DNA of 64,000 nt from assembly GCF_009914755.1 (NCBI RefSeq), contig NC_060929.1; one strand, given 5' to 3'. Numbering within the stretch: the stretch's first letter is position 1; every line of letters starts with the position of its first letter. Made by a program: the position numbers and the translations under genes. The notes beneath the pieces were generated by a model. That model saw nothing but the letters and a program-made list of their open reading frames with translations. It was not told the DNA's origin and searched no databases. Shown piece after piece: positions 39,352-52,963 of this stretch. This DNA is from the human T2T-CHM13v2.0 reference genome, Homo sapiens.

Positions 39352-40378
39352 GAACAAATGAGCAGATAAATGTAAAACAAACCCTGCTGAATAAATGCAC
39401 ACTATAATTCTAGGATAGAACTTCATTTAAGTATGCCTATAAAATGCTTTTAATTCGAAATGTGAAACTGAGTAAAAATGCCCTTGTAATAATTTCACTA
39501 ATAAAAATCCTCACATTTGTCAAACCCACATATTCCAGTGAATTCAAAGATCTACCAAAAGGCTAAACTAATAATGACTATTTTAATTATATATACATCT
39601 GGTAAAATGCAATATATAATCTACAAAATAAGATTTCATCCATAAATACCAGCGGAATTTACAGAATTTAGAGTTTCTCTCCCTTTCTCGAGAACTGTTT
39701 AGGTTTACATAAAAGCAATGCTACAGTCTAACAGGAATGGGCAAATTATGTAAGAGGGCAGCAGTGGAAATAGATTTCCATATATTTATTCTGATATGTT
39801 CACAGGCCTCAAAGTAGTAAGAAGAGTGATATAAACCTTAAATTTTTCCTGTTTGGTGAAAAATCTTAAATATGATACTTGTGTCTTTGAAATGTGCATC
39901 CTTGGTGCCAAAGGTGCTGCCTAGCTAGATAAACTAAGTGCTGAATAAACATTGTTTGCAAGAAACCAGGGATATGGGTGGGAGACTAGACTAAAACTTT
40001 TTTTTTTTTTTCTGTTCACCAAGTAGAAGAAAGAACAAAATTGGATCTGACTGTTGTTACCACCAGAGGAAAATTTGATAATCTCAAGAAAATTGAATGT
40101 TAAGATCAAATATTTAAGTCTGATTGAAAGGAAGAGACATTCATTTGAGAAGTACATTAGTGTGATTAAAACTTTGTTTGTGCTTTAAATACTGCACAGA
40201 ATAAAGCCAAAAGCTGCATAATCTGTGTTGTCAAAGTCAGAAATAAAAAGAAAGCAACGAGTAACCTTAATGTAAAACAAATTGATACAAATTGAGCTCA
40301 ATTTTATAGTCTAAGCAACCAATGCAAATGTATAAAAATAGTATAAATCAAATATTTTCAATAATTTTGATTCTGGGA

Positions 40379-40925
40379 TGTTGGAGATAGAATAATATCT
40401 GCCCAAAGATGTCTACTTCCAAATCCCTGGAACCTGTAAATATGGTATATAACAGGGAAAAAGAGACTTTGCTGATGTAATTAAGGTTATAGATCTTAAA
40501 ATTTTGAGATTATCCTGGATTTTAGAGTTTGGTCCAACCTAATCACATGAATCCCTAAAAGCAGAGAACTTTCTCCAGAGGCAGCCTGAAGAGATGATGG
40601 ATGCAGAAGGTGAAGTCTGAGGAATTTCCAGTGAGAAGATTCGATGCACTGTTACTATCTCTGAGATGTAGGGAGCCACATGTAAGGATCAGAGACAAGT
40701 CCCTAGGAGGTAAGGGTAGCCCCTGGCTGATGGCCAGTAGAGAAGCAGGAACTTCAGTCCTATAGTCACAAGAAACTAATTCCGCCAACCTCAATGGGCT
40801 CGGCGATAGACGCTTCCCTAGATTTCCAATAAAAAATGCAGTTTTGTCCACACCTCGATTTTGGTCTTTTGAAATCTGGAGCAGAGTAATAAGCTGAGGC
40901 ATGCTGTATCCAACATGTTACTGCT

Positions 40926-40969
<44 letters not shown>

Positions 40970-41016
40970 GCAGTTCATTTGGTAATTTGTTATGGCAGGA
41001 ATGAAAAGTTAATACA
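40379..41016 (+). mobile_element. MLT1 (D/E-like) MaLR solo LTR
   Basis: agaataat..cccaaagatgtc..aatccctggaacctgtaaatatg..ggtaatttgttatggcag..taataca. Confidence 0.8.
40926..40970. repeat. (TTG)15 trinucleotide STR inside MLT1
   Basis: Perfect run read directly. Confidence 0.95.
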
Positions 41017-42619
41017 TAGATCAGTCTCATATATTAGTAAATATTAAAAGATCCCTTACTGATTCTAATGCATGGCTAGGTTTGAGAAAGCCTTTGTCAC
41101 GCAACGACAAAGAAAAAAATACATATCAGAAAGACAAAGTAAAATAATTAATCATTAGCAGGCATATGCTCTGTATCATCTGATTTTTCTCAAGAATTAG
41201 TAATTTACGGAAAAGCTATTAATATAAGAATTCTGGGAGATTCCCAGTTTCAAAACCAAAATACAAAGTTTAACTTTTAACTTTTTTAACCTAGGAACTT
41301 AACCAAATAGAACTATAAGAAAATAAAAGCTTCATCACCAGTCTAAAATTACAAGTGAAATATGAACAAGAGTAATGGGAAATGTTCTTGTTCTAAACCT
41401 ATGTGAATATTATTTAAAAAAAAAACTTTATGTGGAATCTCAACATAATTTTGAAGTTATCCTAAAGGAGACCATAAATAAATTCAACCTAGGAAACTAG
41501 AACTCAGAAGTAAAGAATGGCCAGATGTCAACATTTAGAGAGAAAAATGCCACAGTAAGCAGAGTCAAATAATTTTTTGTAAGCCATTCTTTGTTCATCC
41601 CCCCCCCTCAAAAATCTAATTAGTATTCAGAAAAATTTAAAGAAAATAATTTTCTTTCTAAACCACTGTGTAAAAAGTTTTCAATTTTTTTTTCCTAAAA
41701 ATTTCAGGATGTTATTTGGAATTGGATTTTCCAAACATTATCCTTCAAAACTTTTGGCCATCATGAGCCTCAGAGTCAGCCAGTCAGGCTGTTAAACACA
41801 CACATGCAAGCACAACAAATGTTCATAATCTCCAAACATTTATAACTTCACTCCCACAGAAACTATCATGTTTCTTAAATTTCTAACACTATTGCTAATA
41901 TGTAAACAAACCTCACCAATATTGTTTTTCCACAGTATTAAATATACCACATTAGATGAAGTTTTTAAATTCTGTAATTGCTCAAATCTACCAAGAGTAA
42001 GCTCACTGAACCAAATTAACACAAGCTAACACAGATTTTATCTAAAGCAGCAGGTTTATATTTGGTCTGTCATTTCCTCCAGTATCTGAAATTACTGGAA
42101 ATAATATTATCTGATAATTTATCACTATCTCTTGTTCCTTTTTGACTCATAGAAGGTTCAGAAGCTTAGTCTAGCTGAGGACTGCTATGAAAGACATAAG
42201 GAAGAGATCATAAAATCTTCTGTTTATAGTCTTATTTACAAGGTTATCCTGTTTGAATCTTCCAGATTCTCTTAAAACAATAAAACTTTTAAGTCTTAAG
42301 AATAAATATAATTAATCTTACAACAAATCTAGGGATATTTCAGTAGCAAAACATCACTAATTTGTCAATTTCTACCTAAACCATGAAAATTAATTCAAAG
42401 GCAGTTGCCTTAACAATAATAACTGGAGCCAGCAGGTAAAAATGACTTAATTTTCCTTAGATAATATTGGTTAGAAGTTATGGCAGTGGCTCTCAAACAG
42501 AATTACAGTGACTGTGTATTAAAATTCCCACTACCAGGCCCTAGTACCACAACCTGAGTAAGTAAATTTGTGAGTGAAAAGAAAAAAACAGAGTTATCAT
42601 TGTTAAGTATAAATGATCT

Positions 42620-42780
42620 TACCCTGTTCAATGGCTGTAACATTTAAGTTAAGGCAAGACGAGTGCATTTTAGAAATCTGCTGTACAATACTGTGCTTAT
42701 AGTTTACATTACTGTAACTGTATAATTAAAGCTTTAAGATAATGGATCTCATGTTATCTATTCCCACCACAGCAAAAAAG
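42620..42780 (+). mobile_element. L1MA/MB 3' terminal fragment
   Basis: tagaaatctgctgtacaatactgtgcttatagtt..ggatctcatgtta..caccacagcaaaaaag. Confidence 0.6.
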
Positions 42781-44273
42781 TATACTTGTTTTTGAGAGAA
42801 TGGTTTCACATGAAAAATTACAACAGCAAATAAATTTTTGAATCCATAAAAACTAACCACATGTTATACTACATTCTGTGGTCCTACAATGCAGAAACAT
42901 AGATTCTCCTCATCATTTCTCTTTTTGTAATACTCTTATGAAATACTTTTCAAGATGCAAAATAGATGTGGAAAGCAAATTTTATAATCTTTTACTTTGT
43001 ACTGAAATACATTTACTCAGGACATTCCAGGATATCAACATTTCCCAGTCTCTTCATCCTATTAGCATCACAAAAGGAAGATTAAGAGATCAAGAAAGGA
43101 GAAATTTTGAATATATGTGAATGTCATATATCTTCATATTATAAACTTAACTGCTAGTGATAATGATTTCTATCATATATTAAAATTAGCAGTAATTGCA
43201 TCAAACATGTACATAGGGATCTATGCTTTTTAAAGCACGTTAGGGGCTTTTTTATTGTGTTCATTTGAATTTTATTACTTCTAATACTTTAATTTCTCTC
43301 AAGCCACCTCAAATTGATAATTCATTACTTTGTTCTCTTGATGCTGCTTCAATTCAACACTTTTTTTTTCTCTAGGCTATTACCCCTTGTGAAATAAAAG
43401 AAAACTGATAATACACTAAACTAAACAATGAGCGCAACATATCAAGACTTTACTCCGGTCTATCTTAAAATTCTGCTTCTTCCTTTCAACTTTTGCCATA
43501 TAATTTTATTTATGTTGTTTATTAAGCATAATAAAATGTGAAACGAATCAAGCAGAATTAGAAAGCAGTTGCCCTCTGTTTCACTTTCTTATATACCTCT
43601 TTCAAATGGTTATTCGTTCTTTATGAATCCCCCCAACAGTTATGTTTGTTTTCAGCTCACTGTCTTCCATAAAACAAATACTAACTATTTTCTACCTGGT
43701 AGATATTTTGCTATATAATACAAAGTTACCCCTCATGGAACTTGATGTTGATAATGACATCAAGGGAAGAGGAAGATGAGGATTATCAAGATGAAACAAT
43801 AAGGATGACAATAGGTAAGATTTTGGGGGTGCTGGTTATATACTATAAACTTAGATGACTGATAAAAGGATAGGTAAATATATACAAGTTATTTCTGCTT
43901 TCATATGCAATTCTCATGGCAATCTATAAAATAAACCCTATTATCTTCATTTGGAAGATAAGAAAATAAATTAGAGACACTTATTAAGTTAACATTTTGT
44001 CTAATTTTATCTTTGAGCTACATTATCTTGTATAAATATTAACTTTCTTGGACTCTCACGTATATGCTTTTTTATTGAGTACTTCCTATATGTTCAGCAC
44101 TGTGTGAAAGTCCCTAGAAACTTTATCTCAACTGACCCTCAAAAATATTTCAAAGATTGTATTACTTTTTCTATTTAATAGTTAACAGACTCAGAGATAT
44201 TTAAGTCCTTATGAGGAACAGTAGTATTTTATTTAATTCTAACTCAAAAATCTAAGCTCTATTTACTACTATT

Positions 44274-44309
44274 ATGGCAAAAATCACAATTACTTTTGCT
44301 CCAACCTAA
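44274..44309. mobile_element. Half MADE1 / solo Hsmar1 mariner TIR
   Basis: atggcaaaaatcacaattacttttgctccaacctaa followed by TA = right half of MADE1. Confidence 0.85.
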
Positions 44310-44797
44310 TACAGTGCTTCCCAGTAGTGTACACCACTTCAAATTAAGTAATAATGGGAGTTAATTTTGTCAAAATATTGACCAAGTCTATTATGTATAA
44401 AATACTTAAATAATTAAATTAGATATTTTTTATCTTTTAAATGACTAATTTTTATATTTTTAATTTGAAGCAATTAAATACAAATATGATGTGAACAAAT
44501 AACATTTGAATTATGATGAAAGATTGTTCCAGATACTCTAACACGCACTCAAGGACATTTTAGGCAAATACTTTCAGATCATACGTTGTTAAAAGTAATG
44601 GATACTGCAGAGAAAATGATGATACTGTGTTCTTTAAATGTAATGTCCTTTCACATAATGTTTGATGACCAAAGATGATTTCAATCTTGAAATGATTAGA
44701 AAGATCTTTATTTTCCTAGAGTATAAAAATGCAGTAATAATTGTCAAAAATGATTATTTGGAAAGACACAATTCTATACATTCCACTCAGACCCAAG

Positions 44798-45236
44798 TGT
44801 GGCTGCCATGAAAATGTGCTGCACAGATCATCTGCTGCACAGAGCACAGCTGACTGACAGCCCCAGCTGCCTCTTACGAGAGTTCATCACCACCTTTGGC
44901 CTGAGGTCATATTGCCCCTTGCCAATTACTATGCAAGGTATGGATATAAGTACTCCTCTAATAGGCACCTTCATCTTGAGGGCTGTCTATCAGGCTGGAG
45001 CCATTGCCCAGATTGCTCAGAAGTCTGACTCTTTAGAAGCCCAGAAGTCTGACTCTGCCTATGTAAGCCACTTCCCTATGCCCTTCTTTCATAAATGTGG
45101 TACCTGCACAGAAGTCTATGGGCTCTCTTTACCTACTTCTTTCATCCCAGCCCTTTATTCTTCACCTCCATAAAGTTCCTTCTTTATTCTCCTATTGTAA
45201 CTTCGTGTCTTCATTTCAAGCATCTGAACTAATACA
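44798..45236 (+). mobile_element. LTR16-family ERVL solo LTR
   Basis: tgtggctgccatgaaaatgtgctgcacagatc..gctgactgacagccccagctgc..actaataca; TSD CCAAG/CCAAT. Confidence 0.7.
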
Positions 45237-45759
45237 CCAATTTCATAATTCTATACTTGAAAGAGGACTAAAATTGAATTGAAAGTGTACTATTGAAGTC
45301 TGGTTTGAACATCACTTCTAGTACCATTTGTTGAATATAGGCCCTTGGAAGAAACTTGAAGATGGAATCTGTTAAATTGTTTGATGAAGAGTGTTCACCT
45401 CCAACCTTGTGAAAAGTATGACTTACAGGTCAGTCCTCTTTAAGGAAAAAATGCCAGACTTCCTAAGTTCATAGCTTCTCAGGTTAAGGGTGGCAGTGAG
45501 GGTTAAGAAGAGAGAGAGAGGACTGAGGACGCCCTTCAGATGATTTACTGTCCTGTTCTCTGGAAAGAGATACAGCTTAAAACTGATGCCACATATACAG
45601 TTTTTGAATTAAACTCCATTTGCTCAGAAAAAGAAAAGTATAAAGTGGGCTATGGTTCAAGAATCAGAGTGAAAAATAACTTTTTTAACGTGCGTCAAAA
45701 TAAAGAAGTCTAAAGGCAAACAATTTGGACATTCTTCACAACCAAATTAACTTATTTGT

Positions 45760-46840
45760 GTATTCATTCATTTATTCATTGAACAATAATTAAACTCCTA
45801 GTTGTGGGAGGCACTCTGCTAGAAATTTGAAATACAAATATATATAAAACACAACTCTTGCCTTAAATAACCACAGTCTTTTTAAAGTATCAGGCAACTA
45901 AAAAAAAAAACAAGAACATTTTAAATAGTGTGAAAATATTTATAATAAGATAGTGAGAATGTGAATGCAGTATACAAGAAGGACACTTAATTCCCTTTGC
46001 AGGTATAAGGAAAGGTAAACGCTAATGTTTATGATGAGCCCTGAAGAATAAACAGAGTTAGTCAAGAAAACAGGGTGTTGGGGGCACGTCGGTGATCACA
46101 TTGCTGTGAAAGAGCATTCGTACAAGTTCCTCAGAAACCTCAGAAGCCCCAAATAAGTACTGGGTCAATTGAGATGAGAATTTGTAACAAGGATAGGATA
46201 ATAAACATTGGAAAAGACCTCATATACTCTTCTAACACAGAATATCATTCTTTGTTAGGACGGTACTATTCATAAGTTTTAAATAGGAGTATTGAGGGTG
46301 AGCTCACAGGGTAAAAGTAGCAAGCTCTCACAAGTATCCAAATGATAAAGGATGAGCGTCTGAACCAAAATGTCAGGAACAGAGAAAGGTCAATGACTAG
46401 CAGTAATATATGTTAGGGGAAATTGATGAGACTTACTAACTGTTAGGCTATGGGAAGTAAGAAAAAAAGAAAACTCTAAGATGACTCCCAATTGTCTAGC
46501 TTAAACAAAGTGATAGATAGTGAAGCCATTAAATGAGATAAAAAATCAGAAAAATTAGTAGAATTTAAAAGGAAGAAAAATACACTTTTGAAGATACTGA
46601 GTTTATCAAATGTGTAGATACGCAGGAAATTGTGTATATACTACCGTTATTCAAAATGTTAGAGAAATCATTTTATCCAATGATATATGCTTGGTGGTCA
46701 TCAACTTGTAGATGCCCAGAATTTAAGGTGTGAGTATTATCACACAGGGAACTTAAGTAAGGTAACAAAACAAAAGAGTCTTGGAGAAAAGTCTGTAGAA
46801 TATTAATATTCCAGAGTTTAGTTGAGGAATAATAATATTT
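45760..46840 (-). mobile_element. L2 3' region relic
   Basis: (TTCA)n terminus followed by ggcactctgctag..aatacaa, and a degenerate purine-rich L2 body. Confidence 0.6.
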
Positions 46841-46848
46841 ATACTGTC

Positions 46849-48700
46849 CAGTTCACCCTTGAACAATGTGAGTTTGAACTATGTGGGTACAACTATATGT
46901 GGATTTTTTTTCAATAAGTATATTGAAAAGTTTGGGAGAGATCTGTGGCAATTTGAAAATTTAAAGACAAATCATATAGCCCAGAAACATGTTAAAATTA
47001 AGAAAAAGTTTTATATGCCATGAATGCATAAAATAGATGTAGATATTAGTCTACTTTATCATTCACTACCATGAAATAGAAACACATTCGTGACGAAAAG
47101 TTAGAATTTATTAAAACTAAGCACATAAACACCTACGGACTATACATGGTGCTGTTTACAGTTGAAAGAAATGTAAATGAATGTAAAGATACAGTATTAA
47201 ATTATAACTGCATAAAATTAATTCTAGTACCTACTATACTACTGTAATAATTTTGTAGCCACTTCTTGTTGCTTGTGGTAAACTCAAAGTATTCTGAGTA
47301 TCCAATAAAAACACCTTATGAAGCTAATCATCATTATGTGGATAGTTTGTCTCTCCAGTAAATTCAGTATTGCAATAAAAAATGATCTCTTGCAGTTGTT
47401 GCACATTTTTTCCATCATGTTTAGTACAATACTGTAAACCATGAATAATACCATGGGACCCATACAAAGGGCCACTAGTGATGCTAAAAGTACTCCCAAG
47501 AAGAAGAGAAAAGCCATGACATTATAAGAGAAAGTTAAATTGCTTGATATGTACCGTAGATTGAGTTCCACAACTGGAATTATTTCAAAATAAATGAATA
47601 CAGTGTAAGGACCACTGTAAAAAAAAAAAGAAAAGAAACAAGGATAGGAAATTTGTGAAACTGTCGCTACAATTACATAAGCAGGCACAAAATCCTTGCG
47701 TTTTTTGGGGAAATACCTCTTTTATCTCCTATTGAAACTGCAGCTTTTATGTGGGTGCAGGATTGTTATAAGAAAGGCATACCTATAAACTCTAATATGA
47801 TTCAAGAAAAGCAAAGTCATTATATAACAAGTTAAAGCAAAAAGAAGATGAAAGACCTAAAGCTGGAGAACTTAATGCCAGCAAAAGATGGTTTGATAAT
47901 TTTAAAAATTGTTGTGACTTAACAAATGTCAAGAAAACAGGAGAAACAGCTTCTGCTAACCAAGAGGCAACAGATAAATTTCCAGTTTTCATTAAAAAAT
48001 CATTGAAGAGAAAGGATATATTCCTAAACAGGTTTTTAAGGCAGATTAAAATGTCCTATAGTGAACAAAGAATGTCCACAAAGACACTTATTAGTAAGAA
48101 AGAGAAGCAAGGACCAGGAATTGAGGCAGGAATGGATAGATCAACTCTATTGTTTGTTGCAAATGCAATTTGGTACATGATCAAGACTGCCCTTCTCTAT
48201 ACAGCTGCTAAACTCCAAGCCTGGAAGGGAAAAGATAAACATTTGGTTGTACAAGAAGAAGGTGTGGACAATGAGAAGTCTTTTTCTGAGTTGGTTCCAT
48301 TGATGCTTTGTCCCTGAAGTCAGGAAGTAAAGATTGTATGATTGAAGATACTGTTACTATTATAGGAAAAAGTTGTGAAAACCATCAATCCCAAAACAAT
48401 AAATTCCTACTGGAGAAGACTGTCCAGATGTTGTGCATGACATCACAGGATTTACAACAGAGCCAAATAAATTATGAAAGAAATTGTCAATACAGCAAGA
48501 AAGATTGGGGGTGGTGAAGGGTTTTAAGATATGGATTTTGGAGAAATTCAAGTATTAACAGACCATACACCAGAAGAATTAACAGAAGATGACTTGATAG
48601 GGATGAGTGCTTCCAAACCAGTGCCAGATGATGAAGAAAAAGATGTAGAAGAAAAAGTGCAAGAAAACTAACATTAGACAATCTGGCAGAAGGGTTTGCA
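46849..48700 (+). mobile_element. Tigger2 DNA transposon, 3'-truncated, dead pogo-like transposase
   Basis: Left TIR cagttcacccttgaacaa; ORF from 47453 MGPIQRATSDAKSTPKKKRKAMTL*EKVKLLDMY; NASKRWFDNFK (CENP-B-like HTH); track ORF 48003-48317; no right TIR seen. Confidence 0.88.
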
Positions 48701-48714
48701 AATAACTTATTACT

Positions 48715-49150
48715 TGCAGGTTGTACGGAAGTCCAAGCTTCTCATGTGATCTATATTGTTAGTGCTGGGATGGAGGCCTGTCACTACCCAGCAGGAATGA
48801 AAGTCCTGATTTCCTACTTGGCTTTATCTGCATGACCCTGACAGGGAGTTGGGGCACCTTTCTACACCTACATGAAGCTCTATGGTTTCCCATTCAGTCT
48901 ATTTTGACATGGGTGGGTGTAGGGCTACAATATTTTCTGTGTTGTTCAGCTGGAGTGAAGTAATTATTGTGTAAATATTTTATCTCTTGCTTGGCTGCAT
49001 CTTTGTTGGTCTTTGGCTAGAGAAAATGTATTTTTTTAGGCTTTGTTTTTGTCTGTGTCCTTTGACATCATTCTGGCTTCTTCAACATTCACTCTTGAAT
49101 ATACATGGCAAGATGTCTTGAACTTACTACCATGTTGTGCTTTGGGTTTT
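48715..49150 (-). mobile_element. L1MC4-like 3' UTR fragment
   Basis: ggaagtccaagcttctca / gaaagtcctgatttcctacttggc repeats resemble the L1MC4 3' UTR. Confidence 0.5.
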
Positions 49151-49159
49151 ATTTGCAAT

Positions 49160-49530
49160 GAGAAAAATTAGCCTGACCCAGTTTCATGCATGCTGACAAA
49201 AATCTATGAGACTCCTGGGTCAAAGAAAAGACCTTCATTACTTATGACACAACACAGTGTATGAACATCAGCATATTTGTGTCAGTTTCCCTTGTACCCA
49301 AATATCACAAGGGCAAGGTGAATGGGCCTAGATAGATGCCTGCACTTGCAGTGGTTAGAATTACAGGAGAGGACCAGACTCTGTAATTATCAGCAATGAG
49401 CAAATGAGTATGCTTGGCCTTTGTGCCAGAGGGAGACATTTTCTGTATCTTCCATGACTCTTCATTATACAAACATCGTAAAAACGGTTGTCTGGAGCAA
49501 AGGATAGTATAGTGCCTTTGCATGCTTATC
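49160..49530 (-). mobile_element. ERVL LTR relic (MER54/MER74-like)
   Basis: gagactcctgggtcaaagaaaagaccttcattac..tgccagagggagacatt; family uncertain. Confidence 0.4.
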
Positions 49531-49622
49531 TGGAGCGGGAGGTTTTGTTATTGTCATTTTGTTGTTTTCTCTCTCACCATCCTTCTATGGTTGCATTACT
49601 GTGTCCAAAGTCTAAGTGCAAA

Positions 49623-49721
49623 CTTCCTTCCTTCCTTCCTTCCTTCCTTCCTTCTTTCCTTCCTCCCTCCCTCCCTCCCTCCTTCCCTCCTTCCTTTCTT
49701 TTTTCCTTTGTTCCTTCCTTT
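49623..49721. repeat. (TTCC)n/(CCCT)n polypyrimidine microsatellite
   Basis: Direct reading. Confidence 0.92.
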
Positions 49722-52520
49722 TGTTCATTCTTGAAAAGAGTTTTTGGTCCAAGATGATATTGAGTTTATTGAAAATACAGTCACAGACCTATGGGTAACG
49801 CATCAAATTGTCATATTGCTAGGTTTCTCCATTGATTTTCATCATCTTAAGCATGCAACTTTATACACAGGTCCACCTTTGTTAGTACTTCTCTATTTTT
49901 TTTAGATCTTCTCTAGCCCCTAGCTTCACTGATTGACACATACTGTGGTCATCTACCATCTGTGTTAATTTAGTCTCCATTACTCTATGGCAGTCAAACT
50001 CCCTGAGACCTATGATTACTTACTCTCTTAGAACACAATAGGTTCTTTGTTTCAGACCCTAATTACTTTGTTTTTCTGCTCACGACATATTCATTTTGTG
50101 TTTCACTATAGCTGTGCCTTTTTAATTGTGATAAAACATGCCTCTCATATATTTTATTTATGTTGTTGGTGTGAAAGCAGAATTTAAGACCAGCATTAAT
50201 GGTGCTATTTTTGCTAGAATTTTTACTACATTAATCAGAAACAAAATACAGACTTTTACTTTCTGTAAAAAAAAAAAAAAAATCCCAAATCATCATCTCT
50301 TTAGGCATGATGATATAATTTTTGTAAATTGGACAAAAACCTATTCATAAATAAACATGCTAAGTAATTTCCTTTAGTAACATACTATTGAATGTACTAT
50401 TTAATAGAATCCTTTCAAATGTTAAATACCATCCTTGAATTTCTTTTTATCTTCCTTTTGATTTTACTTTGTGTATTTTTCTTTAAAACAGAGACACTAT
50501 AGATGTAGAATTATCTATTCAAATGCTAATCTGTAATCTATAACAAGATATATATTGATTAATTTTCACATGCCTAGCACTATACAAAATGTTGTGATTT
50601 TTTTAAAAAGCAAAAACATACACTTACACACACACACGAGAATTCCTGTCCTCAACAAACTTATGAATTATTTATCTTAAAAGTATAAATATTCTGATTA
50701 TTACATAATAGGCAAATCAGCATGACCATAAATGATTGATGTAGTGAGGATATCAGTGAGCCCAAGTTTCCCTTTGACAAAATTGTTATAACACCTACAA
50801 AATAGAGCTAAAAATATAAATATTTCTCTTCTTGGACAGTATGACAGCCAAGGATAGATAGGGCCATATAATTTCTGCACCATTTTGCCAAACAAAAATA
50901 ACATATTGCAGCATTGTCTCTCTTTAAGACTTTTGGGCTCTAGATTCTTTGCTATTTTGTTTTCCTCTTAAACTCATCACATTTGTGCCATGTCAGCACT
51001 TCTCCTCAATACTGCCATAAAAAAATATATACAATCACTGAAACAAGTGGCTGTTTCAACGAGCACAAATTTTATTTCAAATCTTTTCCTCCAAGGACTT
51101 GTTTTCTGTAATACTGCAGGGGAATATTTAATTGGTATAAAAGAAAAGTAAATGAGATGTCTTGTCTAGTGAATTTACATGGAAATACCTATAGCATGTT
51201 TTGCTGTTCACTGTATCTGATCTAGGGCTATTATCAATGCACAGAATCAGAGAAAAGATGCCAAACATAATTTCTCAAGCTTTTATCTTGCTTTTCTTTG
51301 CTAGTATCTGCTCATGAAAGATCTCAGGCAGTAGAAGAAAATCTGTTCCAGAGATAATAAAAAATAAATCAACAGACTAGTTGAACCTACATAGGTGTGC
51401 GTGCATCATGAAGAAATTATGTCAGACATCACTACCTATTTGCAAACATTATACCTGAAATCCTGAAATAGGCCTCCATTTATGTATGATTTTCTCAGTC
51501 AAGAAGAATTGAGGTCTTTTACGGGAAAAAAGCACAGGAAAAATTATGTTTTGATGAGACTGGCATCACTGTTACCTAGAATGATTTGATTACATATGCT
51601 CACAGATTCTGACAGGTTTTATCGGAGGTACATCAGCATCTTTTGACAGTATAAAATTATAAAGCAATATAAGTGCACACATGCTGTTTATATGCAGCAC
51701 ACACTTATGCAGATCTTGTTGGTGTAACACTTTAGAAATCTGAAATCATCAAGATATTGTTCTGTTTGTCTTATTTCCTTGTAAGCAGGAGTTTTTTGTG
51801 GATCCAATGATGTGAAAGGGCATAATCTATATAGTGCATGTATAGTTTCATAGCTCTTTGTTAAGCCAATTCTATATGAATTCGTTTGTTTGGAAGCTTA
51901 TAAAATTAAATACTACAATTGATTGTTTCTATATTAATTAATAAATGGCACATATTTCACCTGAATATGATGAGACCTATTTTATTGTTTGTGTCTTCTT
52001 TTAGATACTTTACTTACATTTAGTATATAATTATGACTGAAACTTTAAAAATCCCCAATACACTAAAGTAAACATGTATGATTCATCTGAATATGCTAAA
52101 TACTTAAATTGAATAAAAAGAAAGAAAACAGAATTGGTTGGAACTTCTGTGGCCAGTTCACCTTATTGTCCACATGGACTGGAGCCAAACTGGCTAAGTA
52201 AAGATTGAGACTAATCATAAGAATAGTAAGTGATAAAAAGTACTTAATGATTTCTCCATGCAGGGTTTGATATAACACAGGCTGGAAAAAAATTAAATGG
52301 GAGCATAAACTATTAACTAATCATTTGGGACAAATTCATTTAGATTCCACCATGTATAGATGTTATCTATGATTCTGCACATGTATTAGAAGTTAATTAT
52401 AAATAGTTCTATATGTAGGCTAAGGAGATTCAAAGACATCAATACATTTCCAAAGTTAAGTGTCAGTTAAATCCTAGATATCTTCCAATAGGGTATTACA
52501 AACTAAAAACTCAGGAAAAT

Positions 52521-52963
52521 CGTGATAGCTAATTTTTTTATGTGTCAACTTGGCTGAGCCATAGTGACCAGCTATTTTATCAAAAATCATTTTTAATGTT
52601 TCTGTGAAGGTGTTTTCTGGATAAAATTCACTTTTAAATAAGCAGACTTTGAGTAAAGCAAATGTGGGTAAGTCACATTATCAGTTGATGTCCTTTATTG
52701 ACCACAGACTGACCTCCCCTGAGCAAAAATCAATTCTGCCAGCAAACTACCTTTGGACTCAAACTGCAACTCTTTCTTGGGTCTCCAGGCTGCCAACTAC
52801 TCTATAGATTTGGGATTTGCCAAGCCTCTACCATCCTATGAACCAATTCCTTAAAATATCACTCTCTCTGTCTTTCTCTCCCTCCCTCTCTCTTGCTATA
52901 TCTGTATCTATCTGCACACACTCTTCCTGCTGATTGATTCTCTGAAGCACGATCACTAACATA
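52521..52963 (+). mobile_element. MLT2D-like ERVL LTR
   Basis: cgtgatagctaatttt..tatgtgtcaacttggctgagcc..gcagactttgagtaaagc..aaccaattccttaaaat..actaacata. Confidence 0.85.

Noticed and set aside
40766-41030. Poly-Q and poly-N ORFs
   Set aside because: Translations of the (TTG)15 STR inside an MLT1 LTR
47453-48700. Tigger transposase as a domesticated TIGD/CENP-B-like gene
   Set aside because: Early stop, frameshifts, internal deletion, no right end
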